A DNA stretch of 64,000 nt from an uncultured Eubacteriales bacterium (lineage in GTDB: Bacteria > Bacillota > Clostridia > Oscillospirales > CAG-272): the NCBI GenBank assembly GCA_905205065.1, contig CAJLCI010000001.1:124690-188689 (forward strand). The letters are read 5' to 3'. Shown here piece after piece: positions 19,308-29,465 of this stretch. The notes beneath the pieces were generated by a model. It had not been told where the DNA came from, searched no databases, and saw only the letters and a list, made by a program, of their open reading frames with translations. A program made the position numbers and the translations under genes. How positions within the stretch are numbered: position 1 is the stretch's first letter; each line of letters opens with the position of its first letter.

Positions 19308-20462
19308 ATGAAAAAAGCAATTATGTATGGAGGAGGTAATATTGGCCGCGGCTTTATAGCGCAGCTTTTTTACCTGACCGGGTATGAAACGGTATTTATT
19401 GATGTAAATCAAAGTCTCGTTGATTCACTTAACAATACTCATGAATACCCTATATATATTACCGGAAAAAATGACTATGAAAAATTCACTGTAAAAAAAG
19501 TTCGCGCAGTAAACGGAAATGATAAAGAAGCTGTAGCCGAAGAGATAGCAACTGCGGATGTTATGGCAACGGCTGTCGGCGCAAATATTCTCAAATTTAT
19601 CGCCTCTCCTATCGCTGCCGGAATTCGCCGAAGAATGGACATCGGAGGAAGTCCTCTCAATATTATTGTGTGCGAAAATCTTATGGATGCAGATAAGTAT
19701 CTTCGTTCTCTCATTGAAGAAAAAACCGACAATGATGCAAAAGAATATCTGAAAAACAAAATCGGAATTGCAGAAGCGACTATAGGAAGAATGGCTCCGG
19801 CGGCACCTGAGAGCATTAAAGCTGCAGATCCTCTCGCGGTATGTGTGGAACCTTACTGTGAGCTTCCCGTTGACAGCTCTGCCTTTATTGGAGAAATTCC
19901 TGAGCTTTACGGCATAAAACCGTTTGCCCCGTTTGATTTCTTTATAAGACGAAAACTCTTTATGCATAATATGAGTCACGCCGTACTCTCATATCTTGCA
20001 AAGCAAAAAGGATACACATATATCTGGGAAGCCGCTGCGGATTATGAGCTCAGATATACCGCACTCGGCGCTCTCATAGAAGCCTCCGAAGCACTTTCCG
20101 CTGAATACAGCGTTCCAATAGCTGAGCTAATCTCCTTTTCATATGAGCTTCTCTCCCGTTTCGACAACAAGCTTCTCGGAGATACGGTTGACAGAGTCGG
20201 CAGAGATACCGCCCGCAAGCTTGCAAAAAACGACCGTCTTACAGGCACGGCGCTTCTGTGCTTAAAGCATGGTATCAGCCCTGAATTCATAAAAAAAGGT
20301 ATTCGTGCTGCATTTGAGTTTTCAGCGGACGGAGACACATCTTCCGAGGAAGTTTATTCATACGCAAAGGATAACGGTCTCAGGAAAGCAATCCAAAAAT
20401 ACTGCGGTCTCAGTGAAGAAGTACATGATGAAGCACAGCTGATTGATTTCATAGCAAGTTAA
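19308..20462 (+). CDS. mtlD: Mannitol-1-phosphate 5-dehydrogenase
   Basis: The N-terminus GGGNIGRGFIAQL and the overall 384-aa MtlD architecture support the call. Confidence 0.85.
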   Translation: MKKAIMYGGGNIGRGFIAQLFYLTGYETVFIDVNQSLVDSLNNTHEYPIYITGKNDYEKFTVKKVRAVNGNDKEAVAEEIATADVMATAVGANILKFIASPIAAGIRRRMDIGGSPLNIIVCENLMDADKYLRSLIEEKTDNDAKEYLKNKIGIAEATIGRMAPAAPESIKAADPLAVCVEPYCELPVDSSAFIGEIPELYGIKPFAPFDFFIRRKLFMHNMSHAVLSYLAKQKGYTYIWEAAADYELRYTALGALIEASEALSAEYSVPIAELISFSYELLSRFDNKLLGDTVDRVGRDTARKLAKNDRLTGTALLCLKHGISPEFIKKGIRAAFEFSADGDTSSEEVYSYAKDNGLRKAIQKYCGLSEEVHDEAQLIDFIAS

Positions 20463-20536
20463 TAATCTCATAGCAGATACAAAATCAATTTTAATCAAGA
20501 AAGGAAGCCGAAATAAGCATCGGCATATTAATTATT

Positions 20537-21646
20537 ATGTTTGACAACGATATATTACTCGGAGAACTCCCGGACGTTCTCAGCTTTAATGACGGAACAA
20601 AAGTAAAGACTGCTGAGGATTGGGAACGAAGAAAAGCAGAATTCTATGATATGGTAATTGACACAGAATACGGCGGAATGCCTCCGCAGCCGGAAGTTTT
20701 TAAAGTAGACAAGGTTTGCATGGGTTTCAACCGTGAATTTGATACATACCGAATTACCACGGGAACAAAGGAAAAGCAGATTACATTTTCAATGCATATT
20801 CTCTTTCCGAGAAAATCAAAGGGAGAGGATGTCCTTGAAAAGTTCCCAGTTATTCTCACCGGTGACGGCTGCTTCAGAGACTGTACTACAGACGTACAGG
20901 ATGAATGTTACAGACGCGGATATGCCATTGCAATTTTCGACAGAACAGAGCTTGCGCCCGACATGTACAATACAGACCGCACGCTCGGACTTTACAGCAT
21001 ATATCCGGATTTGCCTTTCTGTGCGATCTCCGCATGGGCGTGGGCATATCACCGCTGTGTTGACGCGTTGTATCAGATTCCGGATGCAGACACGGATCAT
21101 ATTGCAATATCGGGTCATTCAAGAGGAGGAAAAACTGTTCTTTTGGCGGGCGCTACGGACAAGAGAGTGAAATATGTAAATCCAAATTGCAGCGGAACTC
21201 ATGGCTGCGGATGTTATCGTTATATTTCACACGACGATCTCGGAAACGGCGATAAGCGAAGTGAACCGCTCTGCTATTTGTTCGGAATAGTTCCGTACTG
21301 GCTAGGACCCAAACTCAAAAATTATGTGGGACATGAGACAGATCTCCCGTATGATATGCATTTTGTGAAATCTCTGATTGCTCCAAGATATTTGCTTGAG
21401 ACAAGCGCTTATGATGATACCTGGTCTAATCCCCGCGGAAGCTATCTTACATTTCTCGAGGCCAAGAAGGTTTATAAACTTCTCGGAGCCGAAGATAATG
21501 CTGAATCATGGTACCGCACCGGAGGTCACCGTCATAAGCTGCCTGAGTTCCGTGCACTCATGGACTTTATAGACAAAAAACGCGGAATGCCGGTTGAAAA
21601 CACTGATTTCATAACAAATGAGCCATACCCCGGACTTTTCAAATAG
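20537..21646 (+). CDS. CE15-like (glucuronoyl esterase family) alpha/beta hydrolase with no signal peptide
   Basis: The GHSRGGK nucleophile motif is characteristic of bacterial CE15 enzymes. The ORF is 369 aa. Confidence 0.55.
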   Translation: MFDNDILLGELPDVLSFNDGTKVKTAEDWERRKAEFYDMVIDTEYGGMPPQPEVFKVDKVCMGFNREFDTYRITTGTKEKQITFSMHILFPRKSKGEDVLEKFPVILTGDGCFRDCTTDVQDECYRRGYAIAIFDRTELAPDMYNTDRTLGLYSIYPDLPFCAISAWAWAYHRCVDALYQIPDADTDHIAISGHSRGGKTVLLAGATDKRVKYVNPNCSGTHGCGCYRYISHDDLGNGDKRSEPLCYLFGIVPYWLGPKLKNYVGHETDLPYDMHFVKSLIAPRYLLETSAYDDTWSNPRGSYLTFLEAKKVYKLLGAEDNAESWYRTGGHRHKLPEFRALMDFIDKKRGMPVENTDFITNEPYPGLFK

Positions 21647-21750
21647 AACACGTAATCAGCGGTGGGTTATATAATACGAGATATTATAGAACAATAACAA
21701 GTGCGGAATCAAAATTTCCAATATGGATTTAAAGAAAGGAATATCAATTC

Positions 21751-22578
21751 ATGTCGGAATATTATAATAAAATTACATCTGCTGCAAAGTATATAAATGA
21801 AAAGCTTAAAAATCAGACTCCAAAAATCGGACTGATTCTTGGCTCCGGATGGGGAAGTATCATCGGAAGTGTGGAAAACAGTATAACCATTCCATATTCT
21901 GAAGTACCGGAAATGGCAGTATCAACTACTCCGGGACACGCCGGTGAATGGATTTGCGGAAATATAGGAAATAAATGTGTTATTGTAATGAACGGAAGGC
22001 TTCATCCTTACGAAGGTCACAGCCTTAAGGATGTTGTAATGCCGGTTTACATGATGAAGGAACTCGGTGTCAAAACACTGATAGTAACAAACGCAGCCGG
22101 CGCTATAAATAAAAGCTACTCAGCCGGAGATATGATGATAATTACCGATCATATAAACTTTACAGCCCATAATCCTCTCACAGGTGAAAATGATGACAAG
22201 CTCGGCACACGGTTTCCTGACATGAGCCGAGCATATGATAAGGAGCTTACTGCCGCCGCACTTCAAACTGCAGAAAAATGCGGTATTAACGTTCACGCCG
22301 GAATTTACCTCCAATCCACTGGGCCAAGCTTTGAAACACCGGCTGAAATCCGAATGTTCAGAGCCATGGGAGCGGATGCGGTAGGAATGTCAACAGTCCC
22401 TGAAGTTATAGCAGCGCGTCATGCGGGAATTGCAGTCGCCGGTATGTCGTGCATGACAAATATGGCCGCAGGTGTACTCGAACAGCCGTTATCCCACGCA
22501 GAAGTGTTAGAGACCGCCTCAAGAGTCAGAGACTCATACCGTGATTTCATGGAAGAATTTATTTCGCAGATAAACTGA
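21751..22578 (+). CDS. punA: Purine nucleoside phosphorylase (PunA type)
   Basis: It resembles PunA over the full length (GLILGSG, VTNAAG, MSTVPEV, LSHAEV). Confidence 0.92.
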   Translation: MSEYYNKITSAAKYINEKLKNQTPKIGLILGSGWGSIIGSVENSITIPYSEVPEMAVSTTPGHAGEWICGNIGNKCVIVMNGRLHPYEGHSLKDVVMPVYMMKELGVKTLIVTNAAGAINKSYSAGDMMIITDHINFTAHNPLTGENDDKLGTRFPDMSRAYDKELTAAALQTAEKCGINVHAGIYLQSTGPSFETPAEIRMFRAMGADAVGMSTVPEVIAARHAGIAVAGMSCMTNMAAGVLEQPLSHAEVLETASRVRDSYRDFMEEFISQIN

Positions 22579-22876
22579 TATCGCATGTACGGTCTAAGCC
22601 ATACAATTACTGACTATGATCATCATTTTGCGTGAACTGTATTTCTATATATAGTAATTGCATAACTTGCTTCTTGTAATTGTAAGCTAAAATATACAGT
22701 AAGATTGAAAATTGTAACTTAATATAATTATAATTATATTCCGTATCACCTCAAATTACTGTTTGTATCTTAAAAATGGATTGCCTAAAAGCCCAAAGCC
22801 GGTCAACTGTACCATCGAAACCGTGATCCTATAGAAGAGCTTACCATTATAAAGACTCCTCTATAAATGGACTTAT

Positions 22877-22993
22877 TATTAAGAGACTCTCTATTAAAAA
22901 GATTACTATTAAAAGATTTACTATTAAGAGGCTCTCTATTGAAGGGTTCTCCATTGAAAGGCTCTCCATTAAATGACTTATTAAGAGGCTCCC
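22877..22993. repeat. 15-bp tandem array of about 8 units (attaagagRctctct and variants)
   Basis: The units are contiguous. The last unit forms the 5' arm of the adjacent terminator hairpin. Confidence 0.85.
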
Positions 22994-23023
22994 CATCTGT
23001 TTAGATGGGGAGCCTCTTATTTT
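22983..23023 (+). terminator. Intrinsic terminator
   Basis: The 12-bp stem aagaggctcccc/ggggagcctctt is followed by ATTTT. Confidence 0.7.
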
Positions 23024-23084
23024 CCGAAACCGCACATACAAAATTAATTCTTCTCAATTTATCACAGTCTCTTTTTATTCAATA

Positions 23085-23212
23085 ATGGGCTTACCCCGTT
23101 ATTCAACGTGGCAAGCCCATTGTGAAGCAATACGGCGCTCAGCGGGAGATTATACGCCCTCCGAGCGTAAGATGACGTCCGCCGCCTATAGAGCGGGAGA
23201 CATCCTTTCTTA
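23085..23212 (+). repeat. Copy R3 of the dispersed GC-rich intergenic element
   Basis: A 12-bp hairpin aatgggcttacc/ggcaagcccatt comes first. It is followed by a hairpin with an AGATTATA loop, ccgccgcctatagagcgg, and gacatcc. Confidence 0.55.
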
Positions 23213-23266
23213 AGTCATATTCTCAAAAAACTTCCGACAGAAAATCCGGCATAACAAACCGTTTTT

Positions 23267-23308
23267 CAATTTATTTCTGTCAATTTATTTCTGTCAATTT
23301 ATTTCCGT
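23267..23308. repeat. 14-bp tandem array of 3 units (caatttatttctgt)
   Basis: The units are contiguous. The array begins about 55 bp after R3, the same spacing as R1 to its 14-bp array. The unit is 9/14 identical to the 2389 array unit. Confidence 0.85.
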
Positions 23309-23347
23309 CAGCTTTTGTCGACGGTCTAAAAATCCGCTGACACATTT

Positions 23348-24007
23348 CTATCCCTGTTTTTCTGCAGAAGCAAGCCATTTAATCAAGTCCGTCTTCTCAT
23401 ATGCGCTTGTCCATGCATCATGACCTACATTATCAAATATCGTAAGCTCGGCATGCCCATGCGCAGCATTCACTGTATCAACCATCAGCTTTGAATATTC
23501 AACAGGAACAATAAAATCGTCGCTTCCGTGAAATGCTCTTATCGGCATTTTAACAAGCGCAGATGCGCGCCACGTCATCCCTCCTCCGCATATCGGAGCC
23601 GCAGCGGCAAAATAATTATAGTACTCACATGCCATTTCCCATGTACCAAATCCGCCCATGGAATTTCCGGTTATAGTTATGCGGTTTTTATCAATATTCA
23701 GCTCACTTGAAACAATTTCAATTAAATTCATAAGCTGAGCGGTAACTCCGTTCCAGATTCTGTCCCACGGGCACTGCGGAGAAAGCGTAATAACGCGCAG
23801 TCCGAGATAATCCTGATCTCCACAAAAATATTTCGGAATTCCATGGGTTTTAACCATTTCAATGTTATCTCCGGACTCGCCTACTCCGTGCAGGTATACA
23901 ATAAGAGGCAAAGATTCCTTTGCCGGATGAAATCCGGATGGAGTAGTAACTATATAACTAAGCTTTGAAAAGCTGTCTTTTACAAATGAGGTTGACGTTC
24001 TGACCAT
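23348..24007 (-). CDS. Alpha/beta hydrolase (carboxylesterase/phospholipase family)
   Basis: It has LIVYLHGVGESG and the nucleophile elbow GNSMGG. The ORF is 219 aa. Confidence 0.75.
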   Translation of the reverse strand: MVRTSTSFVKDSFSKLSYIVTTPSGFHPAKESLPLIVYLHGVGESGDNIEMVKTHGIPKYFCGDQDYLGLRVITLSPQCPWDRIWNGVTAQLMNLIEIVSSELNIDKNRITITGNSMGGFGTWEMACEYYNYFAAAAPICGGGMTWRASALVKMPIRAFHGSDDFIVPVEYSKLMVDTVNAAHGHAELTIFDNVGHDAWTSAYEKTDLIKWLASAEKQG

Positions 24008-24065
24008 GATAATTTTAACCTTTCAGTATTATTTAATTTTTCTCTGTTTAATAAACAAGGGTAAA

Positions 24066-24160
24066 GATCCGTCATAAGCCGTTCCTGCAACGGATCGCGT
24101 CTGCTATCTGAAAAAGTAAGCGAAACCGCCGCTTATAGAGACAAACGCCTTTATATACGG
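24066..24160 (+). repeat. Copy R4 of the dispersed GC-rich intergenic element
   Basis: It carries ccgtcataag, ctgaaaaagtaagcg and ccgccgcttatagag. Confidence 0.45.
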
Positions 24161-24177
24161 GAAAATCTCAAAATCGG

Positions 24178-25554
24178 TTATATTATCTCAATTCCGAGCA
24201 AACCGCAAAGCATTGCAATTTCTTTAGTATTATCTCCGTATGAAATAATATAATGCTGGCACATAACCTTGTCTGTAAAGTCCTCAACATCGTCAAGAAC
24301 AATCTCAAGTCCCGGAAGCTGAGGAGCCGGCTGCGTCCAGCCTGCCTCTTCCCACTTTCTGGGCGTTACACCATGTCCCTTAACCATATGCATAACATAT
24401 TTATCACCGATCTGAGCCAAACGGCACATGGTTACCATACCAGGTTTAACTTTTGAGACATTAAGGATTCCCTCTGACAAAGCACCGAAGGCTGCCGGCA
24501 TAGCAACTACACCGCTTTCAGTAACCTCGGCAGGAACATAATCCGGAACTCCGGCAAGCACACGATCTGAGAAAAATTCATAAAATTCAAGATAAGCCGC
24601 CGCCTGTCCTGTAATATATTTAACCATAAGCTGCGTAACATTTCCGAGACAATCATTTTCCGGAATTGTACACACACCCGAAATATCGGAAAGAAGCATG
24701 AAAACCGGTGCAGGCGGAAAACCGAGAAGCTTCTTCATTCCGTCAACATCTTTAAGAGAAATTGCATCATATCCGCGCTCTTTTATAAGCTTATCTACTG
24801 CAATATAATAGCCGGCCGCTTTCATAAGTCCATCGTCTGACGGCTCAGAAAGGAAATTCCAAGCTTTTATCTCCCTTCCACCGACATTTCCGCCCTGTTT
24901 GACGGCATTTACCACCGCTCTCCTGGCATCGTCGGACACCTTTTCACTTCTTTGAAAGACCTCAAGCAACTCAAATGTTTCAATTTCAGGTCCGATTACA
25001 CGTTTTAAAGACGGACCATCCGCCTGAGTACCGTAGAGATTCATATCACGGTATCCGGCCATACCCACCCTGGCATGACGAAGCCTTCCTGCTGCAGACG
25101 CCGCGCGGCAATACGCTGCGACACGATCTACTCTTGACGGAAGTCCGATAATATCATATATGTACTTAAAATTATATCCGAGGTCACACATTGTTTTGCG
25201 AAGTGCGCTCGTTCCGGCCTGATCCGCGGTCGTAACAAGACGACCGTCTTCCATCCAGCCGCACAAGCCCCAGAGAACCATCGGCTTATATCTGTAATGC
25301 TCCGCAATTTTTATTACAGCATGCGTAGGAATCCATCCTGCAATGCACAGAACAAGACAATCAAAATCATCTTTTTTCAGTACCTCAAGAGCATGGGCAA
25401 TATCATTTTCCTCATAGTCGTCGGTTACCGGATAAACGCTTACTGCAGAAATTCCCTCTTTTTCAAGACTTTCAAAAGCGTCACTGCACTTTTTAACGAT
25501 TATATCTTTAGGAGTATTTACCTCGCCAAAGCCAACAAAACCTGCTTTTACCAT
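24178..25554 (-). CDS. L-fucose/L-arabinose isomerase family protein (COG2407-like)
   Basis: The 458-aa ORF has an N-terminal Rossmann-like region (AGFVGFGEVNTP...) and the length and layout of the fucose isomerase-related family. Confidence 0.65.
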   Translation of the reverse strand: MVKAGFVGFGEVNTPKDIIVKKCSDAFESLEKEGISAVSVYPVTDDYEENDIAHALEVLKKDDFDCLVLCIAGWIPTHAVIKIAEHYRYKPMVLWGLCGWMEDGRLVTTADQAGTSALRKTMCDLGYNFKYIYDIIGLPSRVDRVAAYCRAASAAGRLRHARVGMAGYRDMNLYGTQADGPSLKRVIGPEIETFELLEVFQRSEKVSDDARRAVVNAVKQGGNVGGREIKAWNFLSEPSDDGLMKAAGYYIAVDKLIKERGYDAISLKDVDGMKKLLGFPPAPVFMLLSDISGVCTIPENDCLGNVTQLMVKYITGQAAAYLEFYEFFSDRVLAGVPDYVPAEVTESGVVAMPAAFGALSEGILNVSKVKPGMVTMCRLAQIGDKYVMHMVKGHGVTPRKWEEAGWTQPAPQLPGLEIVLDDVEDFTDKVMCQHYIISYGDNTKEIAMLCGLLGIEII

Positions 25555-25763
25555 TTTTAATTACCATTCCTTTCGTTTAACCATACCCAAAAAGCTTTTT
25601 ACCGCCTCAGATTCCTAAAAATACCGGATATTCCTGTAGCAGGTACAGTATAGAGTTTTACACACCGCACCGAATATAATGAACCGTGCCGGCATTCTCT
25701 TTGCATCTGTTTTATTTTCACATCTGCAGCATTTCACGCTGTCTTTCGACATGTTATTCCCCG

Positions 25764-27272
25764 CTATTTCCCGGACGGATAAAGCTTCTCATCTGCTTCT
25801 ATATATCTGTGATAAGCTGCCTCTGTTTTTTCATTCTGATTTGGAACATAAACTTTATCAGTTCTGACAATTCTATCACACGCAGCCTCGACAGACTTAA
25901 AAATTCCGGCTCCCATACCCGCAAGAATCGCGGTTCCAAGACATGCAGTTTCAGTATTTTTCAGCGTTGCAAGCCGAACACCTGTAATATCTGCTTTTAT
26001 TTGACACCAGAGCGAACTTGACGCGCCTCCGCCCATAGTTCTGATTTCATCACAAGACACATCCAAATATTCAAGAGTACTACGAAGCATACAGGCAACG
26101 GATTCAAGAATTGCACGTACCATATGTCCGCGCGTATGCTCCATCGTAAGTCCGTAAAATACTCCTCTCGCATCAGGATTATATTTCGGCATCGTTGAAC
26201 CGCAAAGATACGGAATGAACACAAGTCCACTGCATCCTGGCTCTACCTTGTCAGCAAGCCTGTCAAGCTCCTTGAACGAGAAGCTTTCACAAAGCTGATT
26301 TTTAAACCATTTAAGTGCAATGCCTGCCGTCGGCGTCCATGAAAGCAAGGCATAGCTTCCGTCATAATTTATATGACACGGAATAATACTGTCCGGACTA
26401 TACGGAGGAATTTCGCTTACAGGTGCAAATACAGCCATAGTAGTCCCGGTCATCTCGCTGATTACTCCGGAACCTACAACTCCTGCACCGATCGCACCGG
26501 AAATCTGATCAAGCGCCCCGGAAACAACAGAAATACCGCAGCCACAGCTTTTACCAGCCTCTCCTCCGCCAAAAAACCAGTCCGTGTCCATTGCGCCGAC
26601 TTTCACACCTGAAGGTACAATCTCCGAAAATACTGTGATATCAAGTCCAATGTAACTGAGCATTTCCGCCCACCATTGTTTTTTACAAATATCAAAGTAA
26701 ATTGTCGAAGACTGAATTGTCGGCTCGGTTACAGTCTTTCCGGTAAGAGCCCATAAAATCCAGTCCTCAAGCAGGAAAACATGCCTTATACGATTAAATA
26801 CCGCAGGCTCGTTTCCACGTATCCACATCAGCTTACAAGCAGGCCATGTTGCTGTGATTTCCGGCTGCCCGGTAACTCGGTACACGAGTTCATGTCCAAA
26901 ATCCGCCTCAATTTTCTTTTCTTCTGCGTCCGCACGGTTATCAAGCCATACAATTGCCGGACGAAGAGGAGCAAAATTTTCATCTGTAACTATCAGAGTT
27001 TCACCCTGAGTATCTACCGAAAGTCCAGCTATAATCTCCGTCAGCTTATCTTTATCGCAGTCAGGAAATGCAATTCGAGCGGCTTCAGTAAGAGACCTTC
27101 TTACAATTGAAATATATTCAAGAGCATCAAATTCGACAAGGCTTCCCTTTGTATCGAGAGTATAATCAATCGTTGACGAAGAAACCATATTTCCGTCTGT
27201 ATCAAAAATTGCGGTTTTCAGCGACGTAGTTCCTATATCAATCCCGACCAAATATTTTTTTCTGTCTGTCAT
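25764..27272 (-). CDS. FGGY-family carbohydrate kinase
   Basis: It has LVGIDIGTTSLK and the FGGY C-terminal motifs (GGGASS..W). The start is taken at MTDRKKY, just after the upstream gene's stop. Confidence 0.85.
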   Translation of the reverse strand: MTDRKKYLVGIDIGTTSLKTAIFDTDGNMVSSSTIDYTLDTKGSLVEFDALEYISIVRRSLTEAARIAFPDCDKDKLTEIIAGLSVDTQGETLIVTDENFAPLRPAIVWLDNRADAEEKKIEADFGHELVYRVTGQPEITATWPACKLMWIRGNEPAVFNRIRHVFLLEDWILWALTGKTVTEPTIQSSTIYFDICKKQWWAEMLSYIGLDITVFSEIVPSGVKVGAMDTDWFFGGGEAGKSCGCGISVVSGALDQISGAIGAGVVGSGVISEMTGTTMAVFAPVSEIPPYSPDSIIPCHINYDGSYALLSWTPTAGIALKWFKNQLCESFSFKELDRLADKVEPGCSGLVFIPYLCGSTMPKYNPDARGVFYGLTMEHTRGHMVRAILESVACMLRSTLEYLDVSCDEIRTMGGGASSSLWCQIKADITGVRLATLKNTETACLGTAILAGMGAGIFKSVEAACDRIVRTDKVYVPNQNEKTEAAYHRYIEADEKLYPSGK

Positions 27273-27286
27273 ATACATCATATCCG

Positions 27287-27991
27287 TTACGCCTTGTGCT
27301 TCTCGTCCCATGCAGCGCGCAGAGCGTGAATCATTTCTTCAACCATTGCAGCCGGATCATCCGCGCAGAAAATACCGCTTGTACTGCCTGTCGCCTCCGC
27401 ACCGAGCATAATTGTATCATAAACATCCTGACCATTTTTTATTCCCGCTCCCTGAAGCACCATAATATCAGGATTAATTTCTCTCACGCTCTTTATCGTC
27501 TGAGTGACATAATTTTCATCGCTTGTCTTCCCTGTTCCTATAAGCTCCGTTGGCTCCGCAACGAGAAGATTCGGAGAAAGCTTTGCAATTGCCATAAGCT
27601 CATCTACCGTATCAGCGCACACAATTGTCCCAAGACCCACCTCGTCTGCACGTGCAATCGTTTTTTCAATTTCATCAAGAGTCAGCTTACATTCAGCATG
27701 ATTCAGCATTACGCCTTCCGCTCCGGCCTCTTTTACCGCCTCCGGAAGAACCGAGCCGAGTCCGCGACCGGGACGAAGATAATCCATATGCTGTGCAAAA
27801 ACATGAATACGCTCGGTATTGTCCGCAATCATCTTAATATCTGTGTAAACAGGTGTAACAAGAATATCCACATCATATTTTAAAGCGACGCGGTCAATAG
27901 CCTTAGCAAGCTCCAGCATCTTTTCTCCGTACATATAACATTTCGGACCTATCTCAAAAAACGGAGGTTTAATTTTGAATCCACTGTACAT
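27287..27991 (-). CDS. Triosephosphate isomerase family protein (short, archaeal-like type)
   Basis: The ~235-aa TIM-like protein carries LNHAE, AEPTELIGTG and GAGI. The start is taken at MYSGFK. The ORF track starts 22 codons earlier. Confidence 0.7.
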   Translation of the reverse strand: MYSGFKIKPPFFEIGPKCYMYGEKMLELAKAIDRVALKYDVDILVTPVYTDIKMIADNTERIHVFAQHMDYLRPGRGLGSVLPEAVKEAGAEGVMLNHAECKLTLDEIEKTIARADEVGLGTIVCADTVDELMAIAKLSPNLLVAEPTELIGTGKTSDENYVTQTIKSVREINPDIMVLQGAGIKNGQDVYDTIMLGAEATGSTSGIFCADDPAAMVEEMIHALRAAWDEKHKA

Positions 27992-28200
27992 ATACAAAAA
28001 CCATTCCTTTCGGATGAAATCAATTACAAGCAATATTAAATTTATACCAAACAACAATATTGTGCGGCGTAGAGCTGCAAAGCTGCCGTTACAGGCGGAA
28101 ACAAAGCTTGCTAATCTCAGTCTGTAACTTTGATATTATTATATCATAAAAAGTCTCTGAAAACAAGTAAAGTCATCAATTATAAATATATAAACATTTT

Positions 28201-29163
28201 TTACGACTTATTTAAGTTCTCAGATTCAAGCTTTTTTATCATCAGCTTTGTTTTACGGAAATGCAGAAATACGGGTAAACTGACAATGACAATGAGCAAA
28301 ATTATCGCGAGAACTATCAGAATTATATCGGCATATTTGGGAAAACTCTCTCCGAGTATTGCACTGGTTCCTCCCCTGTAAGCGTTTGAAACCGTAGCTA
28401 TACTGCTCTCTCCGCCGTACGCCTCAGCGGTACTGAGAGAATCGGAGCTTTCCCCGGTCTGCAGATCCACCTTTTCAAGCAAAAGAGATTTTCCGTAATA
28501 AAGAACAGCTCGTCCCGGTTCTGTTTCTGCTCTAATCTCAGAAGCAATAATACGAAGAGTTCCGGCGGCAGAAACAGCAGCATTTGAAAAAACACTTCCT
28601 CCGGTTATCTGTACCGTGCCTCCTGTTATCCCCGTTCCGTTTGAACTGTTTGAAACGGCAATGTCTGTATTTCCGCCTACTATACTGATAACTCCGCTGT
28701 CAAAACGAATTCCGCTGCGCCCTGCTGTAATCGAAATATCCCCGCTGCGAATTTTAATTTCTTTGTTCATAGCCGTTGAATAACTGTATATTCCATCACC
28801 GTCTGTCACTATAGTAAGCGATCCGTCCCCGGTGATTATAAAACCGCCCTGACCCGCAAGCGCGTATTCAGACGCCGAAATGTAATTTTGCCCGAAAAGC
28901 TTTACCGTTGCTCCGTCTATAAGTTTAATTCCGTATTCATCATCGGTATTGACATTTATTCCGTTGAGTTCAAGTATATTTTCGCGGTTGTTCCAGTAAT
29001 AGCCCTCTCCGCTTATGTTTTTCTGAGGTCTTGTAAGGTCGAGAGTTTCTCTGATTACTCCGGACGATACCGATTCCGCAGAAAAACAAATAGAAAATAA
29101 AACGGCGGCAACGACCGAAAATAAAAAGACGGCGGCATATTTTATGAAACGATTATTCTTCAT
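28201..29163 (-). CDS. Surface protein with beta-helix-like G/S/T/I repeats, an N-terminal signal and a C-terminal TM anchor
   Basis: A signal peptide is present. Repeated I.GG..I / ITGG motifs follow, and a hydrophobic segment (ADIILIVLAIILLIVIVSLPVFL) lies near the C-terminus. Confidence 0.5.
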   Translation of the reverse strand: MKNNRFIKYAAVFLFSVVAAVLFSICFSAESVSSGVIRETLDLTRPQKNISGEGYYWNNRENILELNGINVNTDDEYGIKLIDGATVKLFGQNYISASEYALAGQGGFIITGDGSLTIVTDGDGIYSYSTAMNKEIKIRSGDISITAGRSGIRFDSGVISIVGGNTDIAVSNSSNGTGITGGTVQITGGSVFSNAAVSAAGTLRIIASEIRAETEPGRAVLYYGKSLLLEKVDLQTGESSDSLSTAEAYGGESSIATVSNAYRGGTSAILGESFPKYADIILIVLAIILLIVIVSLPVFLHFRKTKLMIKKLESENLNKS

Positions 29164-29373
29164 ATATGTACTAACCTCTCAGTTTACATTCAATATTTAA
29201 ATCCCGTCTTAATAAGACTCCGATAAAAATCTGCAACCAGAATTACTCCTGCAAAGCAATTTTAATATATTTAAGTATATCATGCACATTAAAAAAAATC
29301 AAGAAGTTAAGATACCATTATTTAATTATAATGTAAATTTTTTAGCTGTTTCTAAATACCTCCGCTCAAAGCC

Positions 29374-29402
29374 TTGACTTTAAATAAAAAAACAAATATA
29401 AT
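29374..29402 (+). promoter_or_regulatory. Sigma-A-type promoter (TTGACT-17-TATAAT)
   Basis: The hexamers were read directly and lie upstream of the VanZ-like gene. Confidence 0.55.
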
Positions 29403-29465
29403 AATTACAATATCAGCATATATATAATGTTGGAACTAAAATATATTTTGGCACTGGAGAACTGC

